Origin: an uncultured Caulobacterales bacterium
GTDB taxonomy: Bacteria > Pseudomonadota > Alphaproteobacteria > Caulobacterales > Maricaulaceae
Reading direction: 5' to 3'
Assembly: GCA_938003545.1 (NCBI GenBank)
Contig: CALKXY010000022.1
Location: 3,637-67,636 of the forward strand
Length of the DNA: 64,000 nt
Positions 1 through 10,274 of the stretch are shown one piece after another (position 1 is the first letter of the stretch; the number at the start of each line of letters is the position of its first letter). Below the pieces are notes generated by a model that saw only the letters and a list, made by a program, of their open reading frames with translations, was not told the origin of the DNA and did no database searches. The position numbers were made by a program, and so were the translations under genes.

Positions 1-230
1 TCGCTAAATACCCAATACATAAATTCATCTAAGGAGTGCGTTTCTTTTCTTACAGTTTCAATATTTCTGTCAGTGCCGACTAATGCTAACTTACCATCTT
101 CATAAATTTCGACATGATATACGCCACTACCAGCTGGCTGCGTACCATATGGAAACTTACCAGAAAAACTATCAAGTTTTTCAACAAGTGTTTCATATTC
201 CTTTTCAATATCTTTAAAACTAATGATCAT
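1..230 (-). CDS. Imm63-like immunity protein (partial, runs off left edge)
   Basis: Not in ORF track. Manual translation from ATG at 230 gives MIISFKDIEKEYETLVEKLDSFSGKFPYGTQPAGSGVYHVEIYEDGKLALVGTDRNIETVRKETHSLDEFMYWVFS..., matching my recollection of the Imm63 pattern (G.p.GdG..HvEi...ERG.E..R..T.dLDEl.YW.F). AT-rich. Confidence 0.7.
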   Translation of the reverse strand, partial: MIISFKDIEKEYETLVEKLDSFSGKFPYGTQPAGSGVYHVEIYEDGKLALVGTDRNIETVRKETHSLDEFMYWVFS

Positions 231-248
231 ACTTATTTATTTTTCTAT

Positions 249-362
249 TCATTCCGTACGTTTTATAAAACGCCTTTTAATAAGATAGTCCGTGCTTAAT
301 GGTAATTGTTGCAAGCTTCCACCTCCAACCTGCCCAAACCATGGCGCTGTAACTCCCTCCAT
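249..362 (-). pseudogene. C-terminal fragment of a TNT (DUF4237, NAD+ glycohydrolase) toxin domain
   Basis: 37-aa ORF MEGVTAPWFGQVGGGSLQQLPLSTDYLIKRRFIKRTE* resembles the TNT C-terminal motif G.iAPWFGQPGGG.Q..LP.sv..Li...L; it ends 18 bp before the Imm63-like start. Confidence 0.6.
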
Positions 363-471
363 AACGACTAAAAGTACCCTATCTCTATAAAAAACCCGCT
401 CAAAATTTAACCTCCCAGCACTGCAAACCTAGCATTTACTCCCGTATCGCGAGTATCCACCTTGCACTTGG

Positions 472-486
472 GTAAGACTTTGTTAA
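472..486 (+). promoter_or_regulatory. Candidate CtrA box upstream of RTX adhesin
   Basis: GTAA-gactttg-TTAA fits TAA-N7-TTAA; an extra TTAAC follows at 492-496. Confidence 0.35.
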
Positions 487-592
487 GTCTATTAACAACT
501 GTAGGTACGTCTACCCTATCGCGGGCGGTCGGAACCACCTACATCTCCCAGCCTATTCGCTGGGGCGAATGTGAATTTTGGGGGCTATACGC

Positions 593-3500
593 ATGGCAAG
601 ACGCTTTTTTTTCGGCACATCCTTTAACGACGTTTATTTCGGTCACGACGGTTCGGAATTTATTTTCACGGGCAGCGGAAACGACTTTGTGTCGTCGCGC
701 GGTGGAAACGACTACATTTTTGCGGGCACTGGCAATGATTACATAAACGCGGGAAGCGGCAATGACTTTGTTATTGCAGGCTCAGGAAATGACCGTGTGT
801 ATGGTGGTTCTGGCGAAGATGTCCTGTTCGGCAACAGCGGCAACGACTATATCAATGGCGGGTGGGGGAATGACCGCCTCTATGGTGGCAGCGGTGATGA
901 TCGCCTTGTAGGGAGTTTAGGTGAGGACAGCCTGTTCGGTGACAGCGGAAATGATGCCCTATTTGGCGGGCACGGCGAAGATAGCCTTTTTGGCGGAACA
1001 GGTAGTGACCGTCTCTACGGGAATAGCGGAGATGATGTTTTATTCGGCGAAAGCGGAAATGATCGTCTTGTCGGCGGGTCAGGCAATGACGAACTAACAG
1101 GCGGAACGGGCGCAGATCGTCTTTATGGACAATCTGGAGACGATGTTTTCACCCAAACGCTCGCTGAAGAAACAGGCGCTCAGGATTATATCAATGGCGG
1201 ATCAGGCATTGATACGCTGGTCCTCAACCTCACCGCGGAAGCCTTTGCGTCGCAAGAGGTCGCAGATGATTTAAACGCCCTCCTCGATAAAATCGCGGCA
1301 GAGCTGCAATCAAATGGGGAATCGCGCGGCCGTTCAATTACTTTGGATGCCCTGAATCTCCGTATACAAAATGTTGAGTCTATTCGCGTTCTGATTGACG
1401 GTGTTGAGGTTGACCCTCGGGAGGCTGGACCAGATACGGGCGAGGATATTGACCCCATTGCGCAAGCCGATTTTTTCTCTTTGCTCGAAGATGCCGTGTT
1501 AACGGAGGATGTCACAACAAATGACACAACAAATCCTGGCACGACAGTCACGCTCATTTCTGGCGTGGATCAGGGTACACTTGTCCTGAATGCTGATGGC
1601 ACCTTTAGCTTTGATGCAGGCGAAGATTTCGATGCCCTTACGCAGGGCGAAACGGCAAATGTGTCGTTTACTTATGAACTCTCTGGCGGCGGCGACGCAA
1701 CAACCGCTACGGCAACGATAACGGTCACAGGCACAAATGACGCGCCCGTGGTCTCTTCCCCGCTTGTAGGCGCAGCCTCAGAAAACGGTGCAGCCGTTAG
1801 TCTTGATCTCCTTGCTGGGGCGACAGATGTTGATTCAGAGACGCTCTCGATCACAAATATTGACGGCATTCCTGCGAATTCAGGCCTGACGCTTGACGGT
1901 GCGACCCTAACGCTTGACCCATCCGCAGGTGAGTATGAGGCTTTAAGCCAAGGCGAAACGCTCACAATTACAGTCACATATGACATTACTGACGGCACTG
2001 GCGGCTCTACGTCGCAGACAGCGACATTGACCGTTACGGGCACGAATGACGCGCCAAGCGTGAATGCGGCGCTCGGCCTATCTGCATCAGAAGACGACGC
2101 GGCCACTGCCCTTGATCTGCTGGCTGGTGCAACAGATGTCGATAATGGCGCGGTCCTATCCGTGCAAAATGTGCAAGGCCTCGTCTCTGGTCTGTCTTTT
2201 GACGGTACGACTCTCACCGTCGACCCAACGGATTCTGCTTTCCAGAGCCTCGCTCTTGGCGAAACCCTAGAGCTAACTATCAGCTATGATATTGCAGATG
2301 AATTCGGCGCGACGGTCAGTCAGTCAGCTCTTGTCAGCCTAACGGGCACAAATGACGCGCCGACACTTGCTGCGGCCCTCGTGGCAGCCGCAAATGAAGA
2401 CGAGGCTTTAGTCTCGCTCGACTTACTCTCTGGCGCGAGCGATGTGGATGCAGGCTCTGTGCTCTCCATCGAAAATATCTCTGCATTGACAGCGGGTGTA
2501 TCGCTTGACGGCACAACGCTTATCCTTGATCCATCTGATGCGTCTTTTCAGGCCCTCGCCCTCGACGAAACCCAGGACATCACCGTCACATATGACGTTG
2601 TAGACGAGACAGGTGCGGCGACGGCCCAGACCGCAACCTTTACTGTGACGGGCACAAATGACGCGCCAACAGCTTCCGCAGAGATTTCAGCGGGTGCCAT
2701 CGTCAATACAGGTTCCCTTACACTTGATCTCTTGGACGGCGCGACTGACATCGACGGCGACGCCTTGTCTGTAATAAACATTTCAGAGCTGCCGAACGGG
2801 GTTAGCTTGTCTGGCTCTACATTGACGGTCGACACATCCGATACCGCCTTTGGGGATCTCAGCGACGGGGAAACGGCTGTGGTCATCGTGACCTATTCCG
2901 TCTCAGACGGCCAAGGCGGGGCCATCCCGCGTACAGCTACGCTCACCGTGACAGGTTCAAATTCAGCGCCAATTGTTAGCGCAGCTGTCACAGCTGACGT
3001 AACAGAAGATAGCGGATCACAAGCGATCGACCTTCTGGCGGGTACAATGGATGCTGACGGTGACACGCTCTCCGTTTTGAACCTCTCCGCCCTTCCCGCT
3101 GGCGTGACCCTCGACGGCGGCAGCACACTCAACATTGATACAAACGCCGATGTGTTCCAATCGCTTGCTGCGGGCGAAACACAAGTCATCACCCTCACAT
3201 ATGACATCACAGATAATAGCTCTGCCCCTGTCAGCCAGACAGCCACGATCACGCTTACGGGCACCAATGACGGCCCAAATGTTGCGGCGGCGCTAACGGC
3301 GGCGGCAACTGAAGGCGCGGCGTCTGTTTCTGTCGATCTTCTAGGCGGCGCATCGGATGTCGACGCAGGCACAGAGCTATCTCTCGTGCTCCCCGTTGAT
3401 CTGCCTGCAGGCGTCAGCATCACGGATAACACACTCACACTCGATTCATCTGACGCGGCTTATGATAGTCTTGCCGACGGTGAAACGCTGGACGTTGTCG

Positions 3501-6500
3501 TGGAATATTCCATCACGGATGGCGACGGCGGATCTGTTGCACAAAGCGTAACTCTAACGCTCACGGGCACGAATGACACGCCAATTGTTGCTGCGGCTCT
3601 CGCAGCGTCCACGACTGAAGACGATGCGGCCGTCACCCTCGATCTCCTCGACGGAGCATCAGATGTAGATAATGGCGCAGTTCTGTCTGTTGAGAACGTC
3701 AATGGACTGACGGCAGGCGTGACACTTGACGGGACAGTTCTGTCGGTCGACGCATCCAATACCGCGTTCCAATCGCTCGCTTTGGGCGAAGCACAAACAA
3801 TAACTGTGACCTATGATATCGTTGACGAAAACGGCGCATCCATTGCCCAAACTACAACCGTCACAATTACCGGAACAAATGACGCGCCAATCGTCGCCGC
3901 AGCTCTCACGGCCAGTGCCGATGAAGATGGCGCAGCAGTCAACCTCGACCTTCTCGACGGGGCGTCCGACGTGGATAACGGCTCCGTTCTCTCCGTTGCA
4001 AATGTATCGGGCCTCTCCAACGGCGTAACGCTGGACGGCACAATTCTCTCGCTCGACCCAAGCAACGCGGCGTTCCAGTCGCTCGCGCAAGACGAAGCTG
4101 TGATGATCACTGTGACCTATGACGTGGTAGACGAAAACGAAGCCTCCGCCGCACAAACGGCAACGTTCACAGTTACAGGTACGAATGACGCACCCGTCGT
4201 TGTAGCTGCCCTCACAGTCGCTGCAATTGAAGGCGCGGCGTCTGTTTCTGTCGATCTTCTAGGCGGCGCATCGGATGTCGACGCAGGCACAGAACTATCT
4301 CTCGTGCTCCCCGTTGATCTGCCCGCAGGCGTCAGCATTACGGATAACACACTCACACTCGATCCATCTGACGCGGCTTATGACAGCCTTGCCGACGGCG
4401 AAACGCTGGATGTTGTCGTGGAATATTCTATCACGGATGGCGACGGCGGATCTGTTGCACAAAGCGTAACACTGACGCTCACGGGCACGAATGACACGCC
4501 AATCGTTGCAGCGGCTCTCGAAGCGTCCACGACTGAAGACGATGCAGTCGTCACCCTCGATCTCCTCGACGGAGCATCAGATGTAGATAATGGCGCAGTT
4601 CTATCTGTTGAGAACGTCAATGGCCTGACGGCAGGCGTGACACTTGACGGCGCAATCCTCACCGTCGACGCAGCCGACGCGGCCTTCCAGTCCTTGGCGC
4701 TAGGCGAAACTTTAAACATCATTGTCACATATGACGTCGCCGATGAAAATGGCGCAACCGTTGCGCAAAGTGCCGCGATCACTGTGACAGGCACAAATGA
4801 CACACCTGTTGTATCTGGCGTGTTGAGTGCCGCAGCGGCGGAAGACGACGCGGCCTTGACGGTCGACCTCCTCGGCGGGGCGTCTGATATTGATAATAAT
4901 ACGGTTCTAAACGTCGCAAATGTGCAAGGTTTAATCGCTGGGATTAGCCTCATCGGAACAACCCTCACCGTCGATCCTGCGGATGCGAGTTTCCAAAGCC
5001 TCTCAGTCGGAGAAACACGCGACATCACGGTGTCTTATGACATTGTGGACGAGGCAAATGCCTCCGTCTCGCAAACCCTAACCGTCACGATCACTGGCAC
5101 AAATGATGCGCCTGTCGGTAGTGCAGTCTTAAATGGCGGCGCAACTGAAGACGCAGGCGTCTCAGAATTCGACCTGTTGGACGGCGCGTCAGATGTCGAC
5201 ACTTTGGATGCGTTATCCGTCACAAATGTGGCTGGATTGGTTGACGGCGTCTCCTTGGACGGCGCCGCGCTTCTCGTTGATGCAAATGATGCGAGTTTCC
5301 AAGCCTTAGCTTCAGGCGAGACCCAAGTGATTACGGTTACATATGATGTCATCGACGGAAATGGCGGCAGCCTGCCGCGCAGTTTCGACCTCACAGTCAC
5401 CGGCACAAATGATGCGCCTGTCGTTGAAGCGGCCTTAGTTGCGGCAGCAACAGAAGACGGCAGCGGTCAAACGCTAGACCTGCTAAGCAGCGCATCTGAT
5501 GTCGACGCGGGCACTGTTCTAACGATTGAAAACATAGCAGGTCTCACCGCAGGCCTAACGCTGGACGGTACGACCCTTACGCTCGATCCAGCTGACGCCG
5601 CGTTCCAGAGCCTATCTGCAGGCCAAACCCAAGAGATCGTTGTTAGCTATGACATTAGTGATGGCCTCACATCCGCCGCGCAAACGGCGACGATCACAGT
5701 GACAGGCACCAATGATGCGCCCGTCGTAAATATGACGAATGAAACCGTTGTTATCGCAGAGAGCGGCTTACAAACCATCGACTTACTGGCCCATGTCTCT
5801 GATGTGGATCAACTGGATGTCTTGAACGTGATCAATGTTACGGACCTTCCGCAAGGCGTAACCCTCTCATCTGATGCGCCGACACTTTTAGTCGACACAA
5901 ATGATGCTAGCTTTGAAGCCTTAGCAGAAAATGAAACGCTTGTTTTAGAAGTATTTTATGATGCGGTTGATGGTCAGGGCGGCAGCGTTGCAACCTCTGC
6001 CCTCATCACGCTACGCGGCACAAATAATGCGCCGGTCGTCGCCAGCGCCATTACGGCAACCCTCAGCGAAGATGTAGGTCAACGGACCTTTAACTTGTTG
6101 GAAGGCGCAAGCGATGTCGACACGGACGCAGTGCTAGCTGTTGATCTTGACCTCGCGGACCTACCTGACGGGTTTTCATTACAATCAGATGGACAAACCC
6201 TTGTGTTCCGGCCTTTCCTAAACGCCGAAGCCCAAGCTCTAACCACAAGCGAAACCCTGGACTTTGTCATTACATATTCCATTGTTGATGAGTTTGGTGC
6301 GTCTGTCGCGCAAAACGTGACGATAACCGTGGAAGGCGCCAATGATGCGCCCGTCAGTACGCAAAATTACAACATACAGACGATCGACTTTGACGAAGCC
6401 TATGAGCTTGTCCTGCCTGCCGATCAGTTTACGGATGCAGAAGGCGACGCCATCACACTGACTGCGGCGCTCTCCAATGGCGATCCCCTGCCCGCTTGGC

Positions 6501-9500
6501 TTACATTTGATGCGGCGACGCAGACACTTTCGGGCACACCCACGGCAACAGATGGCGGCGGCGTGAATGTTTTCATTACGGCGGAGGATGAAAATGGCGG
6601 TGTAACTGTCCAAAATATTCGCTTCGCCATTGGCGATGGCTTGATCTTAGGCACAGACGGTGATGACATGTTGATCGGCACAAATGGTGCAGACACATTT
6701 ATCGCCGGCACAGGTAATGATCGCCAAGAAGGCCTTGGCGGCAATGATACCTATATTTTCAACAGCGGTGACGGCCAAGATACGGTCAGTGAAGCCAGCT
6801 CCTTCAATACGACTGACACAATTGTCTTCACAGATTATAATCTCGCAGACGCAACCTTCACCGATATTGATCAGAATAGCTATACGATCACATTTGAAAA
6901 TGGCGACAGCGTGACCGTTGAAAACGGCCTCACCAACGAGTTCACGCGTGTAGAGGTCCTTGAATTTGCCGACCAAAGCCTCAGCTTCACTCAGATTTTA
7001 ACCACCCTCGTCGACGCGCAAAGCACAGACGGTGATGACTTAATCATCGGCACCACCTTTGATGACGTGCTTTCAGGCGGCGCAGGTAATGACCGGATCA
7101 CAGGTTTGGGCGGTAATGATATTTACGAGTTCAGCACAGGGGATGGTCAAGATACCATCGCGGAAAGCAGCTCATTCAACACCAATGACACCCTACGCTT
7201 CACGGATTATAACCTAGCAGACGCGACCTTCTCTGTTACAGATAAAAACACCTATGTCGTTTCTTTTGAAAATGGCGACAGCGTAACCGTAGAGAACAGC
7301 GTCAACAGCGCCTTTAATCGTATTGAATCAATTGAATTTGCAGATGAGACCCTCGACTTTACAGGTGTCTTGGCCGCGATTGCTGAAGGCCAAGTGACAG
7401 ATGGTGATGATCTGATTATCGGCACAGACAACAATGATGTCCTCACAGGCGGCCTTGGAAATGATCGCGTCGAAGGCAATGGCGGAAACGATACCTATGT
7501 CTTCAGCAGGGGTGATGGCCAAGATACGTTCCGTGAAAATAGCTCTTTCAATTCAACTGATGTCGTGCAGTTCACCGATTATGCGCTGGAAGATGCCACT
7601 TTCACGCTCATTGATACGGATAATTATACCATTTCATTCGCAAATGGGGACAGCGTCACAATCGAAGCGGGGCTGGTCAGTGAGTTCAGACGCATTGAGA
7701 GCATTGAATTCACGGATCAAACCCTAGATTTCACAACCATCCGCGCAGCCTTGGTCGCGAACCAAGCCACTGACGGAGATGACCTCATTATCGGGACACT
7801 TTTAGCAGATGTGCTGCGCGGGGGTCTTGGGGATGACCGGATCGAAGGCAATGGCGGCAGTGATATTTATGAATTCAGCCAAGGCGACGGTAACGATACA
7901 ATTCGTGAAAACAGCTCTAATGGGACAACGGATATACTCCGTTTCACAGATTATGATCTAGCAGACGCAACCTTTACCCTGATCGATTCAGACAATTATG
8001 TGATTTCCTTCAGCGATACCGATAGCGTCACAGTTGAAGCTGGCATCACAAGTGCCAATAGACGCATAGAAGTCGTCGAATTTGCTGACCAAACTTTGGA
8101 TTTCACGGCTATTCGCGCTGAACTCCTGTCGAGCCAAACAACAGATGGCGACGATTTGATCACGGGCACAGCCTTTTCTGACCTTCTGCAAGGGGGTCTT
8201 GGAAATGACCGCCTCGAAGGCAATGCTGGCAACGATATTTATGAGTTTAGCTCAGGCGATGGCCAAGACACAGTTCGCGAAAATAGCTCTAACGGTACAA
8301 CAGACACGATCCGATTCACGAATTACGATCTTGCCGATGCAACCTTCACCGTGATTGACGCGGATAATTATGTCATCACATTTGCAAATGCAGATAGCGT
8401 AACCGTCGAAGCTGGCATCAGCAGTAATAATCGCCGCATTGAAGTTATCGAATTCGCAGATGAAACGTTGGATTTTGAAATGATCCGCACGACATTGCTC
8501 GCAGCCCAATCTACGGACGGGGACGACCTTATTATCGGGTCAGCTTTTGGTGATGTTCACCAAGGCGGCACTGGGAATGACCGGCTCGAAGGTAATGGCG
8601 GGAGCGACACCTATCTCTTCAGCGCAGGGGACGGTCAAGATACGGTTCGCGAGAACAACTCTTTCGGAACAACAGACATAATCGAGTTCACCGATTATAA
8701 TCTAGCGGATGCGACCTTCTTCCAAATCAATAACGACAACTACATCATCAGTTTTGAAAGCGGCGACAGCGTCACTGTTGAAGCTGGGCTGATAAGTAGC
8801 TCCAGGCGCATTGAGCAGGTGCAATTCGCCGATGAACTACTCGTTTTTGCAGATATTCAGGCCGCTTTGGCAGCCAATAGCGCGACTGATGTTGATGACA
8901 TGCTCATGGGTAGCGTCTTGGATGACAGCATCAGCGGCGGTCTCGGCAATGACATTATCAATGGCGGTGCAGGGAATGACACCCTGAACGGCAATGCGGG
9001 TGCAGACACGCTCATCGGTGGACGTGGTAATGATGCGATCACAGGCGGCGACGATGCAGATCGGATCGAATTCGCATCTGGCGATGGTCAAGATACTGTC
9101 TTTGGCGGGTTTGGCGACACAGATGATGTTCTCGCTTTCACGGATTATGACCGTGCAGAGGCGAGTTATGCCAGAACTGGAGATACCCTCACTATCAACT
9201 TCGCAAATGGAGATAGCGTGACGATTGTCGATGCGTTCTTGACCTTTGTTGATACCGTCGCGTCCGTCGAATTTGCGGATGAAACAATATCTTTTGATAC
9301 GATTGCTCAAGAGGTGTTGCAGGCCTCGCAAACAGACGGCGATGACACAATCAATGGGTATGACACAAATGACACCATTGAAGGTGGCCTCGGCAATGAC
9401 ACTATATTTGGCGGCAGAGGGGATGACACATATCTGTTTGATCTAGGGGATGGTGATGATCTCATCTTCGAAACCAGTGGAAATGACACAATTGACTTTG

Positions 9501-10165
9501 GGTCTTTGAGCTCCGCTGATGCCTCATTCTTTGAAGTCCAAGACGGCATACGCATCGAATTCACATCCGGTGACAGCGTCACGGTTGTTGAACCGCCAGT
9601 CTTCGGCGGAGGCGATGGCGACGGAGGTCCTGTAGATACGAACGGTGTTGAAACGTTCAACTTCTCAGATCAGTCCCTGACCTATGATGAAATCGTCGCG
9701 CTTCTCTTCCCGTCAACACCCGGCGAGATTGTGGATGGCACCGATGGCAATGACGTTCTCTTTGGAACAGATGGAGATGACACGTTAACGGGCGGTCTCG
9801 GTAACGACACCTTGCGCGGCGGCGATGGCAGTGACAACTATATCTACGCAGTTGGGGATGGAGCAGATGAAATCATCGATACGGGCGGCATGAATGATAC
9901 GCTGACATTACTCGGGTTTTCTAGCCTTGATATTTTCCCGCTCTTTACAATCGATGGCGGCGTAGCTCTTGGGCTTCCGTCAGATCCAGAAACGGAGACA
10001 TTCAACGATATCTTCTTGGGTAATAGCGGTATTGAAACCTTCATCTTCGTTCCAGACCCAGCCAACCCAGATAATTTCGAAACGCTTACATTTGACGAGT
10101 TGTTCAATGATGGACCCTTTGGTCCGATTGGGGGTCCATTTGACGGTCCGTTTGATGCTGTCTAA
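593..10165 (+). CDS. Giant RTX/VCBS (cadherin-like) repeat adhesin, probable T1SS substrate
   Basis: ORF 578..10165, likely start ATG 593. N-terminal GGxGxDxLx nonapeptides, ~16 ~102-aa repeats ending TVTGTNDAP, a CADG/He_PIG domain (LPAWLTFDAATQTLSGTP), then ~125-aa RTX/HCBP-type repeats. No Sec signal. Confidence 0.9.
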   Translation: MARRFFFGTSFNDVYFGHDGSEFIFTGSGNDFVSSRGGNDYIFAGTGNDYINAGSGNDFVIAGSGNDRVYGGSGEDVLFGNSGNDYINGGWGNDRLYGGSGDDRLVGSLGEDSLFGDSGNDALFGGHGEDSLFGGTGSDRLYGNSGDDVLFGESGNDRLVGGSGNDELTGGTGADRLYGQSGDDVFTQTLAEETGAQDYINGGSGIDTLVLNLTAEAFASQEVADDLNALLDKIAAELQSNGESRGRSITLDALNLRIQNVESIRVLIDGVEVDPREAGPDTGEDIDPIAQADFFSLLEDAVLTEDVTTNDTTNPGTTVTLISGVDQGTLVLNADGTFSFDAGEDFDALTQGETANVSFTYELSGGGDATTATATITVTGTNDAPVVSSPLVGAASENGAAVSLDLLAGATDVDSETLSITNIDGIPANSGLTLDGATLTLDPSAGEYEALSQGETLTITVTYDITDGTGGSTSQTATLTVTGTNDAPSVNAALGLSASEDDAATALDLLAGATDVDNGAVLSVQNVQGLVSGLSFDGTTLTVDPTDSAFQSLALGETLELTISYDIADEFGATVSQSALVSLTGTNDAPTLAAALVAAANEDEALVSLDLLSGASDVDAGSVLSIENISALTAGVSLDGTTLILDPSDASFQALALDETQDITVTYDVVDETGAATAQTATFTVTGTNDAPTASAEISAGAIVNTGSLTLDLLDGATDIDGDALSVINISELPNGVSLSGSTLTVDTSDTAFGDLSDGETAVVIVTYSVSDGQGGAIPRTATLTVTGSNSAPIVSAAVTADVTEDSGSQAIDLLAGTMDADGDTLSVLNLSALPAGVTLDGGSTLNIDTNADVFQSLAAGETQVITLTYDITDNSSAPVSQTATITLTGTNDGPNVAAALTAAATEGAASVSVDLLGGASDVDAGTELSLVLPVDLPAGVSITDNTLTLDSSDAAYDSLADGETLDVVVEYSITDGDGGSVAQSVTLTLTGTNDTPIVAAALAASTTEDDAAVTLDLLDGASDVDNGAVLSVENVNGLTAGVTLDGTVLSVDASNTAFQSLALGEAQTITVTYDIVDENGASIAQTTTVTITGTNDAPIVAAALTASADEDGAAVNLDLLDGASDVDNGSVLSVANVSGLSNGVTLDGTILSLDPSNAAFQSLAQDEAVMITVTYDVVDENEASAAQTATFTVTGTNDAPVVVAALTVAAIEGAASVSVDLLGGASDVDAGTELSLVLPVDLPAGVSITDNTLTLDPSDAAYDSLADGETLDVVVEYSITDGDGGSVAQSVTLTLTGTNDTPIVAAALEASTTEDDAVVTLDLLDGASDVDNGAVLSVENVNGLTAGVTLDGAILTVDAADAAFQSLALGETLNIIVTYDVADENGATVAQSAAITVTGTNDTPVVSGVLSAAAAEDDAALTVDLLGGASDIDNNTVLNVANVQGLIAGISLIGTTLTVDPADASFQSLSVGETRDITVSYDIVDEANASVSQTLTVTITGTNDAPVGSAVLNGGATEDAGVSEFDLLDGASDVDTLDALSVTNVAGLVDGVSLDGAALLVDANDASFQALASGETQVITVTYDVIDGNGGSLPRSFDLTVTGTNDAPVVEAALVAAATEDGSGQTLDLLSSASDVDAGTVLTIENIAGLTAGLTLDGTTLTLDPADAAFQSLSAGQTQEIVVSYDISDGLTSAAQTATITVTGTNDAPVVNMTNETVVIAESGLQTIDLLAHVSDVDQLDVLNVINVTDLPQGVTLSSDAPTLLVDTNDASFEALAENETLVLEVFYDAVDGQGGSVATSALITLRGTNNAPVVASAITATLSEDVGQRTFNLLEGASDVDTDAVLAVDLDLADLPDGFSLQSDGQTLVFRPFLNAEAQALTTSETLDFVITYSIVDEFGASVAQNVTITVEGANDAPVSTQNYNIQTIDFDEAYELVLPADQFTDAEGDAITLTAALSNGDPLPAWLTFDAATQTLSGTPTATDGGGVNVFITAEDENGGVTVQNIRFAIGDGLILGTDGDDMLIGTNGADTFIAGTGNDRQEGLGGNDTYIFNSGDGQDTVSEASSFNTTDTIVFTDYNLADATFTDIDQNSYTITFENGDSVTVENGLTNEFTRVEVLEFADQSLSFTQILTTLVDAQSTDGDDLIIGTTFDDVLSGGAGNDRITGLGGNDIYEFSTGDGQDTIAESSSFNTNDTLRFTDYNLADATFSVTDKNTYVVSFENGDSVTVENSVNSAFNRIESIEFADETLDFTGVLAAIAEGQVTDGDDLIIGTDNNDVLTGGLGNDRVEGNGGNDTYVFSRGDGQDTFRENSSFNSTDVVQFTDYALEDATFTLIDTDNYTISFANGDSVTIEAGLVSEFRRIESIEFTDQTLDFTTIRAALVANQATDGDDLIIGTLLADVLRGGLGDDRIEGNGGSDIYEFSQGDGNDTIRENSSNGTTDILRFTDYDLADATFTLIDSDNYVISFSDTDSVTVEAGITSANRRIEVVEFADQTLDFTAIRAELLSSQTTDGDDLITGTAFSDLLQGGLGNDRLEGNAGNDIYEFSSGDGQDTVRENSSNGTTDTIRFTNYDLADATFTVIDADNYVITFANADSVTVEAGISSNNRRIEVIEFADETLDFEMIRTTLLAAQSTDGDDLIIGSAFGDVHQGGTGNDRLEGNGGSDTYLFSAGDGQDTVRENNSFGTTDIIEFTDYNLADATFFQINNDNYIISFESGDSVTVEAGLISSSRRIEQVQFADELLVFADIQAALAANSATDVDDMLMGSVLDDSISGGLGNDIINGGAGNDTLNGNAGADTLIGGRGNDAITGGDDADRIEFASGDGQDTVFGGFGDTDDVLAFTDYDRAEASYARTGDTLTINFANGDSVTIVDAFLTFVDTVASVEFADETISFDTIAQEVLQASQTDGDDTINGYDTNDTIEGGLGNDTIFGGRGDDTYLFDLGDGDDLIFETSGNDTIDFGSLSSADASFFEVQDGIRIEFTSGDSVTVVEPPVFGGGDGDGGPVDTNGVETFNFSDQSLTYDEIVALLFPSTPGEIVDGTDGNDVLFGTDGDDTLTGGLGNDTLRGGDGSDNYIYAVGDGADEIIDTGGMNDTLTLLGFSSLDIFPLFTIDGGVALGLPSDPETETFNDIFLGNSGIETFIFVPDPANPDNFETLTFDELFNDGPFGPIGGPFDGPFDAV
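3310..4650 (+). repeat. Near-identical intragenic direct repeat (3310-3732 / 4228-4650)
   Basis: Two ~420-bp segments offset by 918 bp (three repeat units), nearly identical at DNA level. Confidence 0.85.
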
Positions 10166-10193
10166 GCGATAACAAAACATATCTTGGATATAG

Positions 10194-10225
10194 AAACGGG
10201 CCTCTCATTTGAGAGGCCCGTTTTT
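10194..10225 (+). terminator. Rho-independent terminator between convergent genes
   Basis: AAACGGGCCTCTC-attt-GAGAGGCCCGTTT followed by TT. Confidence 0.85.
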
Positions 10226-10274
10226 CGTTTAGCTCGCCTTTATATTGGGCGCATATGCCTATTAGGCGAAAGCT

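Noticed and set aside
114-299. 61-aa plus-strand ORF
   Set aside because: Shadow of the minus-strand Imm63-like and TNT-fragment ORFs, which carry recognisable motifs.
411-564. Hairpin CCCAGC-ctattc-GCTGGG (547-564) and GCAAACC upstream of the RTX gene as a c-di-GMP riboswitch
   Set aside because: The other conserved GEMM elements are not visible; only a 6-bp stem.
1186-10180. Many antisense and alternate-frame ORFs within the RTX gene
   Set aside because: Expected from repetitive, codon-biased coding sequence; they mirror the repeat period.
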